Below the pieces are notes generated by a model. It was not told where the DNA came from, searched no databases, and saw only the letters and a program-made list of their open reading frames with translations. A stretch of DNA of 33,417 bases from a virus (lineage: Duplodnaviria > Caudoviricetes): the IMG/VR virus record IMGVR_UViG_3300010047_000083, positions 1-33,417 of that record; one strand, written 5' to 3'. Positions 33,016-33,417 of this stretch are shown here, piece after piece (within the stretch, counting starts at the first letter, position 1; every line of letters begins with the position of its first letter). The translations under genes were made by a program, and so were the position numbers.

Positions 33016-33384
33016 CTAGGGCTCCCGTTTGTCCTGACGCTTGAGGAAGTCGGGGGCGTCTTCGGGTTCGAGCGGTGGCTCGCCCAATGGCGGCTCCTCG
33101 TGAGGTAGCAATGGACGGCGTTCGGCCTCTAACGTCGTGAGTTCCGCTATCTGAGCGGCTCGGTTGAAGGCATCGTCCATCATATTGCGGACGTTACGGA
33201 GTTGGGTGGCCAGTTCGGTCGCGAACATCTTGTAGCGGTCACGCTCCTTTTCGAGGTCCATGATGTGGCCCTCTAGATAGGCACACTGGGCCTCGTTGGC
33301 CTCCGCTCGGATGTTGGCGGCAGCCAAGTCTGCCCGGAGAATGTCGTTCTCTTCTTCCAGGGCTTCTAGGGCTCGGGCGGTCAT
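33016..33384 (-). CDS. Coiled-coil hypothetical protein (122 aa)
   Basis: CAGGAGG RBS; long heptad helix; C-terminal 'PDFL'. Confidence 0.72.
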   Translation of the reverse strand: MTARALEALEEENDILRADLAAANIRAEANEAQCAYLEGHIMDLEKERDRYKMFATELATQLRNVRNMMDDAFNRAAQIAELTTLEAERRPLLPHEEPPLGEPPLEPEDAPDFLKRQDKREP

Positions 33385-33417
33385 TTGGGCGGCCTCCTGA
33401 ATGGCGCCTGTGCGGCC

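Noticed and set aside
1-33417. Prophage or integrative element
   Set aside because: No integrase, att-like repeat or flanking host genes in the window; lifestyle cannot be determined from this segment.

Overview
A 33.4-kb, roughly 60% GC segment of a tailed dsDNA phage with podovirus-type architecture. The host is probably an alphaproteobacterium (Hyphomicrobiales), judged from a carried Omp25/RopB-type outer-membrane protein and the promoter style. There are two convergent arms. The + strand (1-19805) is late/structural: a Gly-rich fibre end, an outer-membrane beta-barrel, a lysis cassette (GH25 endolysin, holin-like proteins), a LUZ24/PaP3-like nozzle and tail module, three more fibre/adhesin genes, a GNAT-like protein, a series of ejection/internal virion proteins and a 2190-aa polyvalent protein with an HEXXH motif. 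The - strand (19808-33417) is early/replication: HAD phosphatase, DUF3987-type helicase, UDG-domain-fused family A polymerase, MazG-like protein, ParB-methyltransferase fusion, SSB, Sak4-like ATPase, PD-(D/E)XK nuclease and many small ORFs. Main unexplained signals: (i) a peptide motif [E/D]LG[D/E/S]LM[Q/M]P shared by otherwise dissimilar proteins on both arms, possibly a packaging/co-ejection tag; (ii) a 33-nt element with a compensatory base-pair change (possible pseudoknot) present once on each arm right after a stop codon; (iii) a host-type porin-like gene beside a lysis cassette with no recognisable spanins; (iv) non-canonical polymerase active-site residues with no primase in view. All family assignments come from recalled motifs, not database searches.
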